This document shows, piece after piece, positions 11,884-25,039 of a DNA stretch of 64,000 nucleotides. The position numbers and the translations under genes are program-made. The stretch is taken from assembly GCF_004010195.1 (NCBI RefSeq), contig NC_057718.1, forward strand, positions 34,373,239-34,437,238, written 5' to 3'. This DNA comes from Chiloscyllium plagiosum (lineage: Eukaryota). Numbering within the stretch: the first letter of the stretch is position 1; every line of letters begins with the position of its first letter. Under the pieces are notes generated by a model. The model saw nothing but the letters and a program-made list of their open reading frames with translations, did not search any database and was not told where the DNA came from.

Positions 11884-13537
11884 TTTTCTTCATTCATTTG
11901 CAGGATGTGAATGCTGCTGGCTATTCAGCATTTATTGTCCATCTCTACTTGCCCTTGAGAAGGAGGTGGTGAGCTGCCTTCTTGAACCACTGCAGTCCAC
12001 CTGCTGTGGGTTGACCCACAATGCCATTAGAGAGGCAATTCCAGGATTTTAACCCAGTGGCAGTGAGGAATGGTATACATTTCCAAATCAGGATGCCTCA
12101 GAGGGAAACTTACAAGTGCTGGTGTTCCCATGTATCTGCTGCCGTTATCCTTCTAGATGGAAGTGGTCAAGGGTTTGGAAGGTGCTGTCTGAGGTTCTTT
12201 GGTGAATTTCTGCAGTGCATCTTGTAGCTAGTACACACTGCTGGTCCTGGAGGGAGTGGATACTTGCAGAGACAATTCCAATCACTGAGCTGCTTTGTTG
12301 TGGATGGTGTCAAGCTTCTTGAGTATTTTTGAGCTGCACCCATCCAGGCAAGTGAGGAGGATTCCATCACACTCCCAGCTTATGCCTTTTAGATGGTGGA
12401 TAGGCTTTGGGGACTCAGAAGGTGAGTTACTAGCTGAAAAATGCCTAGTCTCTGACCTGCTCTTGTAGCCACTGTATTTATCTGGGAGGTCTAGCTGAGT
12501 TCCTGGTCAATGATAACCACCAGGATGTTGATAATGGAGGATTCAGTGAGGGTAACACCATTCAATGTCAAGGGACTGTGGTTAAATTGTCTCTTATTGG
12601 TGATGGTCATAGCCTGGCAATTGTGTGGTGCAAATGCTACTTGTCACTAGTCAGCTCAAACCTAGATATTTTCCAGATCTTGTTGCATTTGAACATGGAC
12701 TGCTTCAGTATCTGAGGAGTCACGAATGGTGCTGAACATAGGACACTCATCAGTGAACACCACCCCTTCTCACATTATGATGGAGGGAAGGTCATTGATG
12801 AAAAAGCTGAAGATAGTTGGGCCTAGGACACAACCCTGAGAAACATCTGCAGAGACATCCTGGAGCTGAAATGATTGACTTCCAGTAACCACAACCCTCT
12901 TCCTGTGTGCCAAGTATGACTCCAACCAATGGAGAGCTTTCCCCCCATTTCCATTGACTCCAGTTTTGCTAGTTCATGATGCCACACTCAGTTGAATGTG
13001 GCCTTGATGTGAAGGGCTGTCATCTCTGGAATTCACCTCTGTTGTCTATGTTTGATGCAAGATTCTAATGAGGTCAGGAGTTGAATTGCCCTAGCAGAAC
13101 CCAAACTGGGCGTCATTGATCAGGTTACTGCTGAACAGGCACTGCTTGATAGCACTGTTGATGACACCTTCCATCACTTTACTGAGAGTAGAATGATAAA
13201 GCAGTAATTGGCCAAATTGGATTTGTCCTAATCTTTGTCTACACGACTCACCTGAGAAGTTTTGCACACCGTTGAGTAGATGCCAGTGTTACTGGAATAG
13301 CTTGGCTAGGGGAGGGGCAAGTTCTGGAGTACAAGTCTTCAGTACTATTGCCAGAATGTTCTCAGATCACATAGCCTTTGCAGTATCTAGTGCCTCCAGC
13401 CATTTCTTGATATCGCATTGAATAGGCTGAAGACTGGTGTCTGTAATGCTGAGAACCAGTGGATGAGGCCGAGATGAATTATCTACTTGGCACATCTAGT
13501 TGAAGATTGCTGCAAATGCTTCAGGCCTATCTTTATT
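11884..13537 (-). mobile_element. Second LINE family (CR1/L2 group) inserted in the CR1
   Basis: Starts with the tail ttcattcatttgcaggatgtg..cagcatttattg..cccttgagaaggaggtggtgagctgccttcttgaac. Reverse complement contains RT-like gttgtgtcctaggcccaactatcttcagctttttcatcaatgaccttccc (G.VLGPTIFS.FINDLP). Confidence 0.8.
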
Positions 13538-14114
13538 AGGTGGGTTGATCAGTCAGTTTGTGAATGATATACAGTAAAAATTGATGGGGGTGGTAAACAG
13601 TGAGGAAGGTAACCTTGGATTACAGGAGGGATATGGATGGATTGATAAATGGAAAATTGAATTCAATCTGAATAAAGTGGGCTGATGGTCATAGATGGGG
13701 AAAACATATCAAGGGAATTCATGATGAATGGTGTGAAGTATTGACAGTTAGAGGACCTTGATTTGTATATTCATACATCCCCTTAAGGTGGTATGACAGG
13801 TGGTTAAAATGGTTCAGAAGGCATGTGGGATACATGCCATTATTAGATGTAGTATAGAATTTAAGAGCAGGGAGGTTATGCTGAATCTGTATGAAATGTT
13901 AGCTAGGCCACAGCTAGAGTATAAGAGGGATGTGACTGCACTTAAGACGGTGCAGAGGAGATTGACCAGGATTTTGCCTGCACTGGAGAGTTTCAGTTAT
14001 GAAGAAAGATTCGATAGACAGTGGTTGTTTCCCTTGGAGTAGAGGAGACTGAGGGGGACATGATTGCGATGTATAAAATGATGAGGGGTGTGGACAGGAA
14101 GAAACTTTTCTCCT

Positions 14115-14420
14115 TTTATATTATATTCCCCACAGTGCGGAAACAGGCCCTTCAGCCCAACCAGTCCTCCAAAGATTAACCCACCCAGACCCATTTCCCT
14201 CTGTCTAATGCACCTAGCACAATGGGCAATTTAGCATAGCCAATTCACCCGACCTGTACATCTTTGGACTGTGGGATGAAACTGGAGTACCCGGAGGAAA
14301 CCCACGCAGACACAGGGAGAATGTGCAAACTCCACACAGGCAGTTGCCCGAGGCAGAAATCAAACCTGGGACCCTGGTGTTGTGAGGCAGCAGTGCTAAC
14401 CACTGAGCCACCATGCCACC
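14115..14420 (-). mobile_element. HE1-type V-SINE nested in CR1
   Basis: Same head, V-domain and tail as 2947-3277. Confidence 0.88.
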
Positions 14421-15624
14421 AATGGTAAAGAGATCAATGACCAGGGTCATAGATTTCAGCTAAGGGGCAGGAGGCTTCAAGGGGATGGGAGGATATTTCT
14501 TATTGGTGATGGGAGGTGATAGGAATCTGGAACTCACTGCCTGTAGGTGTGCTGGAGGCAGAAACCCTCATTTCATTTAAGGAGCATTTATATGTGCATT
14601 TAAAATGCTAAGGCATACAAGGATGTGGAATGCTGGAAAATGGGATTAGACTAGTTGCCGCTTGTTTTGACCAGTGCAGAATCAATGGACTGAAGGACCT
14701 TTTTCTGTGCTGTACATCTCTAAGACTCTATGATTATCATTGGACCAGTGGTCATCTACCATCATTTTATCATTTTGTAACCATTATTGATTTGATCAGT
14801 AAGTGGGATCAAGGGTTACTGGGAGAAGGGAGGAGAATGGGGTTGAGAAACATATCAGCCAGGATCGAATGGCAGAGCAGATTCGAGAGGTCAAATGGCC
14901 TAATTCTGCTCCTTTATCTTATCGTCTTATTAGATTCTTTTAATGGCAAAGCAGCTTTTTGATAGCAATTGCATTTAATGTGGACTACCCTAATCTGATT
15001 CCGTTTTGTGAATTGCCAATTTTACATGACAATCAATTTTTAAGGAAACCGCCTTAGAGTGCAACCTCTAACAGATGGTTGGAATTGTCCTGCTTGAATG
15101 AAGGATCATCTTTTTTCTTGACATAAATATCCTCATGAATATATGTGATGCATGTTCATTAAAGCAGCATTTGATTTTCTTGTAGCTTTGGTTGCAGTCA
15201 CTGTTAGTACAAAAGGTACTATGAGCTAGACTCATGCGAAAAGTTTAAGTGGCTCATTTCCTGTTATTAGAGCACTACATCAAAATTATTTCAACTATTT
15301 TACTACTGGATAGTTTAACGTATCACTGGTGGTAAATGAACATGCAGTGCTGTGGAAATTACAACATTGACTTTGTGCCAGAATACCTCAACACGTCATG
15401 GCAGGATATAGACCAACTAGTTATTTAAAGATGTGTTTTGATATAAGTGGTTTTACAGATATGGAAATCACAATCCCAGTGGTGTGAAAACTTATTTTGC
15501 AATGGCTTTTAACCCCTGTTTGTGCAGAAGCAAAAATGATTACATTTAAACTCAGTAACTCTGTCATTTGAATCTTGCAGAGTGGACCAACAGGTTATAA
15601 GAAATAAAACAGAAAATATTGAAG

Positions 15625-15973
15625 TGTTTACTCCATTTCTCTCTCATTAGATGTTGTCTAACCTGCTGTAAATTTCCAGCATTCTCTGTTTTTATTTCAG
15701 ATTTTCAGCAGCCGTAGAATGATGCTTTGGTTTTAGAACTTAAAAGAATTTATCTAGACAACATATTGCATCATTGAAGGTTGTGTTTTAACCAGTGACT
15801 TTTTTTCTCTGGGGCAGGGAAGGTAAAGACAAATCATAGATCATAAACACTTTGTTCATTTTTTTGTCATTTTTCTAACCATAGTACACATTGGAACCAA
15901 TTAAATTCATTATTCAACTTGTCTTAGCAGAATCAAGAATGAATTCTCATCAAAAAAAGATTTTGAAAGAAAA
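15625..15973 (+). repeat. Copy 1 of an old local direct duplication (copy 2 at ~16655-16953)
   Basis: Colinear matches atttctctctcattaga, aagaatttatct..acaacatattg, ttctaaccatagt..tggaaccaattaa, cagaatc.aga. Confidence 0.8.
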
Positions 15974-16654
15974 CAGGCTCTAAGAAATAAAATACAAAAA
16001 TCTTGAAGAACTTCTTTTTTGGGTGGAATCTCTAGAGAGGGAAATAGAATTGGCCAAAGGCATTTTATTGGCATTTTGCAGATCCCGGGGCTGTGTGAGC
16101 AGTATCACTGGTATTGATCAGCTGAGAGCTGCTACCACAAGCCAACCTCTTAGAGCTTCTGGGCCACTCAAGGTAGTCACTGCTAAGGTCACAGGATGAT
16201 GGAGAGGGTGCCTCTGTTTTGAGACACCCTTGTAGGTAATGGATTTTTTTAAAAAATTGCTTGAACACAGTAATTGGAGGGCATAGTGTTGGCTGGGGGC
16301 CCATTGCTGCCTGTTGACTTCTCTGGGCCGCAAAACCTTAGAAACAAAAACCTTCTGCCTGGGAAGCTGCTGGCAAGTTGCTGCAGTGTAGCTAGCAAAC
16401 TTAACACCTGTGGTTACGTGGTTTCTAAAATCCTGGAAGCCTAGTGAAAGCACCTCAATTGTTTAGCAGTCAGCAGGTTATTGAGCTGCTGCTTATTGCT
16501 GCGACAGATTGTTATCTTGTGGTGGGAAGAACACATGAGGCTTCCTTCCCAACACTCTCCACCTCCATTTTATACACCTCCCACTCCCAGCCTGATAAAA
16601 TTCAGACATACTTTTCGGATCCAGTAAAAGGTTATTAAACTGAAATGCTTACAG

Positions 16655-16953
16655 TACTCAATTTCTCTCTCATTAGACGCTGCCTAACCTGCTGTGAATT
16701 TCCAGTATCTTCTGCTTTTATTTCAGATTTTCATAATTGTGCTTCGGTCTTAGAGCTTTAAAGAATTTATCTGCACAACATATTGTTTTCTTTTTCAGGA
16801 AAATATTGGCAAATCATAATTCGTAAATACCTTGTTCTTTCATTGTCATTTCTCTAACCATAGTTCTCAATGGAACCAATTAAGTTTGTTAGTCAACTTT
16901 TCTCAACAGAATCGAGAAATAATTCTTGTTTAAAAAATATTTTAAAAGAAAAT
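16655..16953 (+). repeat. Copy 2 of the local direct duplication
   Basis: Aligns with 15625-15973; lacks part of the 15770-15820 segment. Confidence 0.8.
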
Positions 16954-17839
16954 CTCATGCAAGCCACAATTGTTCCTGTTATTACTGTAAATGGCAATTG
17001 TATTATTCTGGCAGGGCACCCTTAAGTCACAAATTTTCCACAGCTTACAACAATAAAAAAAACTGATCTTTTTTAAAAGTAAATTTGATTGTAAATTAGG
17101 TTTTTTTGTAAATGAACGCTGCTATTAACACCTTGCATTTTTGAATTCCCAACATATGATGTCCCATGCCCATTACTCTGAATGAATGATGTGTAGTTAT
17201 CTCTAATCTAGATGTGCTTTCCCTCATCTTCACAAATAAACAAAAATTGATAACCGGTACTTAATATCGTATACCAAATAAAGGATGCCCAGGCATTATT
17301 CACAAATTGGGTAATAGACAATGGATCTGAAGTATGAGAAAAAAGGCTTATATTAGATAACATCTTGCAATGCTCTCAGGTCATCCTAAAGCCCTTTTAC
17401 AGCAAGTGATTAGGAAGACAAATGTAATATTGATGAAAACTGCAAGGAAATTAGAATAGAACAATAGAGAAACTTACTGTAGTTGAAAAAGGTCTTGGTA
17501 AGATCTCTGGAGGGAATTTTCGTTTTGGTCTCCTAATTTAAAAAAAAACTATGTGGTTGTGTTAGAAACAATTCAGAGAAGATTCACTGCATTGAAACAC
17601 AATAAGATCTTATGTGAATTTGATGGGATGATTCCTGGGAGAATGTTTTCTCTCATGGAGTAAGACTATTAAGAGAAAAAAGAAAGTTCCCTGTTAAGAT
17701 GGCAATAAGGTGCAGTATTTTGATTCAACTGGTCATTAGTCTGAGGAATTCTGTTTCCCAGACACTGGTGGAAGCTGGTTGTTGAATTTATTTTAGTGCT
17801 GAGTTAGGTAAATCTTTGACCAGCCAGGGATTGGAGAGT

Positions 17840-18065
17840 ACAAAAACAGATATCGCTTTGAAAACTCAGTCTGGCAAATTTTGTGGAGACAAAGCAGAGT
17901 TAATATTTCGGGCCTAGTGAGCCTTCGTCAGAATAGGTTCTGAAGGGTCACTGGACCCGAAATGTTCGCTCTGCTTTCTCTCCACAGCAGCTACCAGACC
18001 TGCTGAGTATTCCCAGCAATTTCGGTTTTTGTTACGATTTTCAGCATCTGCGATTCTTTGATTTC
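17840..18065. mobile_element. Fold-back Penelope pLTR-derived element, family C (older), within degraded CR1 (~17400-18120)
   Basis: Arms acaaaaacaga..tgtggagacaaagcagag..tttcgggcctagtga and tcactggacccgaaa..ctctgctttctctccacag..tttttgtt. Decayed CTGA..GAAA motifs on both strands. Confidence 0.75.
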
Positions 18066-18179
18066 TTTGTTCAGGGAATCAAAGGGTATGGCTGCAGACA
18101 AGAAGTTGAGGACGAGACTACCTCATACGGACAGCAACAACTGTGAGTAAGGTAGGAGCTCATAAATACAAGAAAATGC

Positions 18180-18415
18180 TGAGGGACTGTGACCCTGCTA
18201 AAAGATGCTATCTTTTAGATTAGACGTTAACTCAGGACTCATATCTGCCAACTTAGCTAGATGCAAAAGATCCTGTGGCATCAATTGAAGAAGGATTGGG
18301 AATTTCTCCCTGTGTCCTGATCATCATTTATCTCTCAAGGAACATCACTCAACATAATTTATCTTGCTGATATCTTATTTCTGTTTGTGACACCTTGCAG
18401 GATCCAAACTGCTTT
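18180..18415 (+). mobile_element. DeuSINE (SacSINE1/AmnSINE1-like) fragment
   Basis: tagacgttaactcagg..gatgcaaaagatcctgtggca..gaagaagga..ttctccctgtgtcctga..atttatctctcaa..aacatcact resembles the recalled Deu-domain consensus. Confidence 0.65.
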
Positions 18416-19646
18416 TGTTTTATTAAGTCATTGGATGCAGGGGTCACTGGGTTGGGCCAGCATTTATTGATTTCCCAGCTCTAGTTGCTCTTGAGAAAGT
18501 GGTGGTGGGCTGCCTTCTCGAATTGTTGCTGTCCGTATGATGTGGATAGACCACCAAACGTAGGTGCATATGCCCACATTATCATAGTTAATAAGTACAG
18601 AATAGGCTGTGAAATTTTCTGTGATGGAAGAATGCAGGTTCTCACTTTCATTCACTATCCATTGTTTTACATGTAACATGTAACTTTACCACTCGCTGAT
18701 TTGAGAATTAATTTTTTGGGGAGGTATCAAATGGAACATATATTGGCAGGGAAAGACAAACACTTAGAATTTTGTTTATTCAATCCTCAGATCATTTTGT
18801 CTTTGAATCTTTAGAATTCATCTATCTTCAATAATCAAAAGATGTCAGCATGATCATCTCTTGAAACAGCTCCTGGGAAGCAGCTTGTGATTTATATTTA
18901 CAGCAATGATCAGATGCATCTGTTTTCCAGCTCCAGGGTGGTGCAAGTAGCTTTTAGCTGAAGTTATTTTTGTTGTCAGGCATCTTAACAGCCCAGACTC
19001 CAGACCCCATAACATACAGCGCTTATAAAGCAGAAAAGAAAGTAGACTTCTATCTCATCTAAATCTCCATGGAATGTTTATGGCAACTAACCCAATGCAA
19101 AAGAGTTAAAACATGACCCAGGGTGAGTCCTTCAACTGTAATTATCTCTGTAATGTAAGATAACTTGAATGCATAACAGTCATTAGAGCTATTCTAGACA
19201 TTGCTGCTTCACCAAGCCCTGACATGCTCTCCTCTTGGGTACAGCTCGCATTTCACCAGGATCATGTTCGCTGTTAAGAAATCTCTTCAGAGTGTCTGCT
19301 GACAAACAGGATGTGGTGTCCATTATTCACAGGGATGTTTATATGTACTAATCTGAGAGACAGCAATGAAGCAAACAACAGTTTAGAGGGAGCATTTTCT
19401 TCATTACTTTACTTCAAAATGAAGTGAAGTTTTACTCGTCTAAAGGGTTGTGGGCAGAATCTTCCCAGGTCCTAACTGACATGGGTTCTGGTGAGGAATT
19501 TGAAAGAATTGCTCGAGTGAGGCCTTTCTCAATGTTTAGTGTCATATTATCCAGGAGAGTTCTGGATGTCAAGACAAAATTCTCACAAGTGAGAGGTAAA
19601 CAGGACAATTACAGCGTCAATGTTCATTATCACCTTTATTATAAGG

Positions 19647-20095
19647 GGGAGGTGATGGCCTAGTGGAATGATCACTGGGCTATTAATCTGGGCAGAGGCT
19701 GGTATGTGTCAGATGCCAGAATCTGTGGACATTGGTGTGTGGGGCCTCTTCCTATGAAGTGTGCCCCAAGACATTGGCACCAGGTACCCAGGATGGAGTC
19801 CAGCAAAGCAAGTGGTGAGCTGGGTTCAAATTCCGCCACAACAGGTGGCAGAATTTGAATTCAATAAAAAAATTGAAATTAAGAGTTTAATGATGACCAT
19901 GAATCCATTGTTGATTTTTGGAAAAACCCATCTGGTTCACTAATGTCTTTAGGAAAGGAAACTGCCATCCTTACCTGGTCTGGCCTACATATGACTCTGA
20001 ACACACAGCAATGTGGTTGACTGTTAAACTGCCCTCTGGGCAGTTGGGGTTGGCAATAAATGCTGGCTCAGCTAATGACGCCTTCATTCCTTGAC
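19647..20095 (+). mobile_element. tRNA-derived SINE with the tail of the 11884-13537 LINE family; head interrupted by a 130 bp inverted insertion
   Basis: A box tggcctagtgg, B box gggttcaaattcc. Tail ggcaataaatgctggctcagc is the reverse complement of the LINE end at ~11915-11937. Confidence 0.75.
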
Positions 20096-21299
20096 AGAGT
20101 AAAAAAATTGTCACTTGATTTCACCTCATTGGCATGTCGATACCCATTCTACTACCTGTCGAATTGAATGCTGAGAATTCCCAACATTACAGTTTGAGAG
20201 GGTACCCGGTGACTCCAGCTCACCACTTGCTTTGTTGGACTCCATCCTGGATACCTGGTGCCAATGTCTTGTGGCACACTTCATAGGCAGAAGCCCCACA
20301 CACCTATGTCCACAGATTCTGGCATCTGACACATACCAGCCTCTCCACAACATCTTGAAACATTTCTGACCTCCTTCTGCACTTCCACAGTGCACTTTGC
20401 AGTACACCAGTATCCCACATTGCAATGTTGCTGTAAGGGCACTTTGTGCACAGGAACGGGCACTCAGGTCAAGGACCAGAGCAAGCTACTTCTCAGGACT
20501 GTTTACTTGTTCTCCTGGCGCTCACTTACTTAGCAGCTACCTGGATGATCACAACATCCCAACCTCACCTTTCTTTGACTTTTGGTGCTTTGTCTCCTCA
20601 GTTGTTCTTAAAGAATCCGAATGATGTTGTATGGCCTTTCAGCTTATGACAGACATAAGACCAAGCATCTTGTCCATGCTGGTCAGCAGTCAAGGGATGG
20701 GCATCTTGCTGAATGACACATTATTATATCAATCTCACACTCACAGCATGTATCACAGCAAATGCAGCAAACAGAGTGCATGTGCTGCAATCAAAGAATC
20801 ATGTCTCAAAGTCTAAGGGGAGAGGTCCATGGTGAAGTCCAGAGAGACACCCATCAGTCAAGGCTTACCATGGCAGTAAGTCAAAGGCAGGTCTGACATT
20901 AATCCAAGGGCTTGGGCGTGGTCAAATGGCTGCTCAGGTCAGTCACGGTCAAGATCCTTTCCTCATAGGGGATAAGGAGCAGAATGTTGAGCACCCACCA
21001 TCCCATCCCACTTGGTTCTTTCCGTCCTATTCTGGGCTGTTTACTTCTGGAATGACAGATAGGGAGGGATTGAGTGAGATGATAGCTGTTAGTGATAGTG
21101 CATATGGAGGAAAATTGGAGGGGCAATCTGAGTGATTGAGCAGGAGCACAAAGGGCATGAAAAGCTGGTGGTTTGGGGTGAGTGACAATGAATGAAGGAA
21201 CATGTTGCAGTTCATAGTGACAGTGTTCGAGCATGAGCCTTGGTGGAAAGTGGGGACAGTAGCAGATATAGATCGAATATGAGGTAGCAGAGAGAATAA

Positions 21300-21502
21300 A
21301 CTAGCAGATGAAGAATGCCCATTGACATTTTTCCAACAGTGCTAGGTATTCCTCCAGATGGCTGTAACTGCACTGACCTTGTGGCAACTTGGACCGGGAT
21401 GACATGGTTTGGAGCAGTGCTCTCCTCTGCACTACCCTGTCTGCCAGAACTCCCAGGTCCTTCTCCACAAAGCTAAGTGTCAGTTTCTCTTTCTTAGTCA
21501 TG
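21300..21502 (-). mobile_element. Harbinger Myb/SANT-like remnant, probably part of a larger decayed element (~20130-21790)
   Basis: MTKKEKLTLSFVEKDLGVLADRVVQRRALL resembles the APRF.E.DLEVL...V..RR.VL start and the copy at 1098-1240. Confidence 0.55.
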
Positions 21503-23480
21503 TCTGGGGCAAAGTCATCCAACATATAGGGCAGTTCCAGACAGATAATACTTGACCAAGGACATAACAAGTTTTTAACGATTGTACTGGTGCCAAGGAT
21601 CCCAGCAGGTGCATATATGTTCACTTACAATGAGTGAGAGAATCAGGATCATGTCAGATGAGAGGGCATCATTGAGGGGTGTTAGGTAGTTAAAGAGTCA
21701 AGTCTGGGACAATAGCATAAGAACATTCGCTAGGCCTTGCGGAGAGAAACTCGATGAAAGTAACACATTGTCAAAATACGATAAGATTCAGCTCTTGTTC
21801 CTCATGTCAGTATTTTTCGATGTAGCAATATAATGTCTAAAACAAGCTTAATTTTGTTTTGGCTAACTCACTCATGGGAAAATTACAATCATGAACCCAT
21901 GTGGTGAACAAGTCAAATGTCTTTTTTGCACCTTAACTTGTCTGGAAACTGACCTTCTGAGATGGCAAGGAAAGTCTACACTGATCAAAATACGTAAAGT
22001 AAAAACAAGGGCATCATGAGCTGATTTGGGCAGGTTGACCTCTTTGTCACAGACTGGCATTTCAGCCCCGCTGAAGGCTGCTTCCACTAAGTCTTGTCTT
22101 AAAAATAAATCTTGTACAATAGATTGTTTTGGCTCTAGAGATAGCAGTGGCAACTGTTTTTTTTTTGTTCCAGTGATGCTTCTGGAATAACAATGGCATC
22201 TTGCATTCATGGAAGCTTAAGAAGACTGAAATGAAAACCAGGCCAAAGAGGGAAATATAATGGCAGCTATCTAATAGCTTGATCATATGAGGAGCTCCTA
22301 AAGGGGGATATAAAGGGGTTGGGGGGAGGCAGAAAGGTTTAGGGGGGAAAGTTCAGACTCCATAGTCTAAATGGCTGAGAGCTGGACAACTAATAGTGGA
22401 GCAGGAGAAATTGAATTGGTCAAAGTTGGAATGCAGAATTGTTGAAGCATTGTAGGGCTGGAAAAGGCTACAGACTAAGGAGGGATGAAGTGAGGGAGAA
22501 ATTTGAATACACAGATCAGCTGTAGAAAAGATGTGAAATCACATGAGATATTGCTCATTTGCACGCCCACTCACACTCCCCCAGGATATTGTAGAGTAGA
22601 CATGGGTGGTTGGTTACAATGAAAGAAATATTAAAAGATGATTATTTTTGATGAATGAGACAGGACATTTGTATGGAAGTGTGACAGCAGTGAGGAAAGG
22701 GAATCATTTTCAATAACAGTGAGCTTGGGATATTGGAAATGAAGTTAGTTGATTAGCATTTCAGTTAGAATAGCAATGTGGGAGCTTGCAGAGGAAAAGA
22801 TTAGCTCAGACAGCAGAGCTAACATAAAAATTAGTTCAGGAAAGTACAAAAAAGCAAAAAAGAGAACTGTGGGTTAGTTGGGAGAGGTATGGTAGACACA
22901 GCAAAATGGATAGTCTGAACCTTAGTGACAAAGAAGTCTGTCAGCTTCATACCTTTTCTGCTAGAAGCAAGGAAGGTTAGGGAAAAGAGTTTTAAGGAGA
23001 TTATTGGTTTTAGATAAAAAGAAGTGGAGGTTACCTTTGCATTCATGGTTGATCTTGGAGTGTTGAGCAACTTTTACAGAAGACAGCAAGGACTCGTAGT
23101 GATGGTGATTGTCCAGCTGGTGACGAATGACTGACTACATCTGTTGTGTGCCATATCCATTCAAGTCTACAGCCACTGGACATAATGGGGCGTAGTTAGA
23201 GATTATCCCAAAATAGTATAAGCAGAGGAACAGAGATTAAAGGTTTTTCTGGGGAAACATCAAAACATGTACAGAAGTAAGAATCGCAAGAGTAGAGATC
23301 CAAAAGCTAGACCCTTGACAGTTCAAAAGTTTTAGGGAAAAGTTTTTTTTAAATGGAAGAAAAGCTAATAGTCAGAAGAGAATGATCCAAGAGGATTTCA
23401 ATTGTGGGTGAGATGGTAGGGATAGAGAAGCCATGTGAGGGAAAAGATTCAAGGATTCCATAAAAATGGATAAGAGGTTT

Positions 23481-24085
23481 AGAACATAGAACATAGAACA
23501 TAGAACAATACAGCACAGAACAGGCCCTTCGGCCCATGATGTTGTGCCGAACATTTGTCCTAGCTTAAGCACCCATCCATGTACCTATCCAATTGCCGCT
23601 TAAAGGTCACCAAAGATTCTGACTCTACCACTCCCACAGGCAGCGCATTCCATGCCCCCACCACTCATTATTGGCCAGTTAACCTTCATATCTCATTTTT
23701 CCTCTGCGTATTTCCTTCTTAGTAATCCTCTGTTGCTCTTTAAAAGCTTTCCAGTCCTCAGTTTTTCCACTTATCTTAGCTATGTTATACTTTTTCTCTT
23801 TTAACTTTATATGTTTCTTTACTTCCCTCATCAGCCACAGCCGCCCATGCCTCCTCCTGGGATCTTTCTTCCTTTTAGGAATGAACTGATCCTGCAACTT
23901 CTGCATTATACACAGAAATATCCGCCATTGTTCCTCCACGGTCATCCCTGCTAAGGTATTGCACAATTGAACTTTGGCCAGCTCCTCCCTCATAGCTCCA
24001 TAGTTCCCTTTATTCAACAGAAGTACTGTCACTTCCGACTGTACCCTCTCCCTCTCAAATTGCAGATTGAAGCTTATTGCATTAT
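23481..24085 (-). mobile_element. CR1 with its 3' tail fused directly to the ORF2 N-terminal part (internal deletion)
   Basis: (agaacat)n tail and 3' end to ~23666, then LNKGNYGAMREELAKV..EEQWRIF..FIPKRKK. Confidence 0.8.
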
Positions 24086-25039
24086 NNNNNNNNNNNNNNN
24101 NNNNNNNNNNNNNNNNNNNNNNNNNNNNNNNNNNNNNNNNNNNNNNNNNNNNNNNNNNNNNNNNNNNNNNNNNNNNNNNNNNNNNNNNNNNNNNNNNNNN
24201 NNNNNNNNNNNNNNNNNNNNNNNNNNNNNNNNNNNNNNNNNNNNNNNNNNNNNNNNNNNNNNNNNNNNNNNNNNNNNNNNNNNNNNNNNNNNNNNNNNNN
24301 NNNNNNNNNNNNNNNNNNNNNNNNNNNNNNNNNNNNNNNNNNNNNNNNNNNNNNNNNNNNNNNNNNNNNNNNNNNNNNNNNNNNNNNNNNNNNNNNNNNN
24401 NNNNNNNNNNNNNNNNNNNNNNNNNNNNNNNNNNNNNNNNNNNNNNNNNNNNNNNNNNNNNNNNNNNNNNNNNNNNNNNNNNNNNNNNNNNNNNNNNNNN
24501 NNNNNNNNNNNNNNNNNNNNNNNNNNNNNNNNNNNNNNNNNNNNNNNNNNNNNNNNNNNNNNNNNNNNNNNNNNNNNNNNNNNNNNNNNNNNNNNNNNNN
24601 NNNNNNNNNNNNNNNNNNNNNNNNNNNNNNNNNNNNNNNNNNNNNNNNNNNNNNNNNNNNNNNNNNNNNNNNNNNNNNNNNNNNNNNNNNNNNNNNNNNN
24701 NNNNNNNNNNNNNNNNNNNNNNNNNNNNNNNNNNNNNNNNNNNNNNNNNNNNNNNNNNNNNNNNNNNNNNNNNNNNNNNNNNNNNNNNNNNNNNNNNNNN
24801 NNNNNNNNNNNNNNNNNNNNNNNNNNNNNNNNNNNNNNNNNNNNNNNNNNNNNNNNNNNNNNNNNNNNNNNNNNNNNNNNNNNNNNNNNNNNNNNNNNNN
24901 NNNNNNNNNNNNNNNNNNNNNNNNNNNNNNNNNNNNNNNNNNNNNNNNNNNNNNNNNNNNNNNNNNNNNNNNNNNNNNNNNNNNNNNNNNNNNNNNNNNN
25001 NNNNNNNNNNNNNNNNNNNNNNNNNNNNNNNNNNNNNNN
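24086..25039. other. Assembly gap (N run)
   Basis: 954 consecutive N. Confidence 1.

Larger units (their letters stand above)
11700..14735 (+). mobile_element. Old CR1 ORF2 3' half, split by two younger insertions
   Basis: The cacagggatcagtgttg (PQGSVL) region breaks at ~11883 and resumes at ~13538 (tcagtcagtttgtgaatga, SKFADD-like). It continues through LARPQLEY to the tail ctctaagactctatga. Confidence 0.8.
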
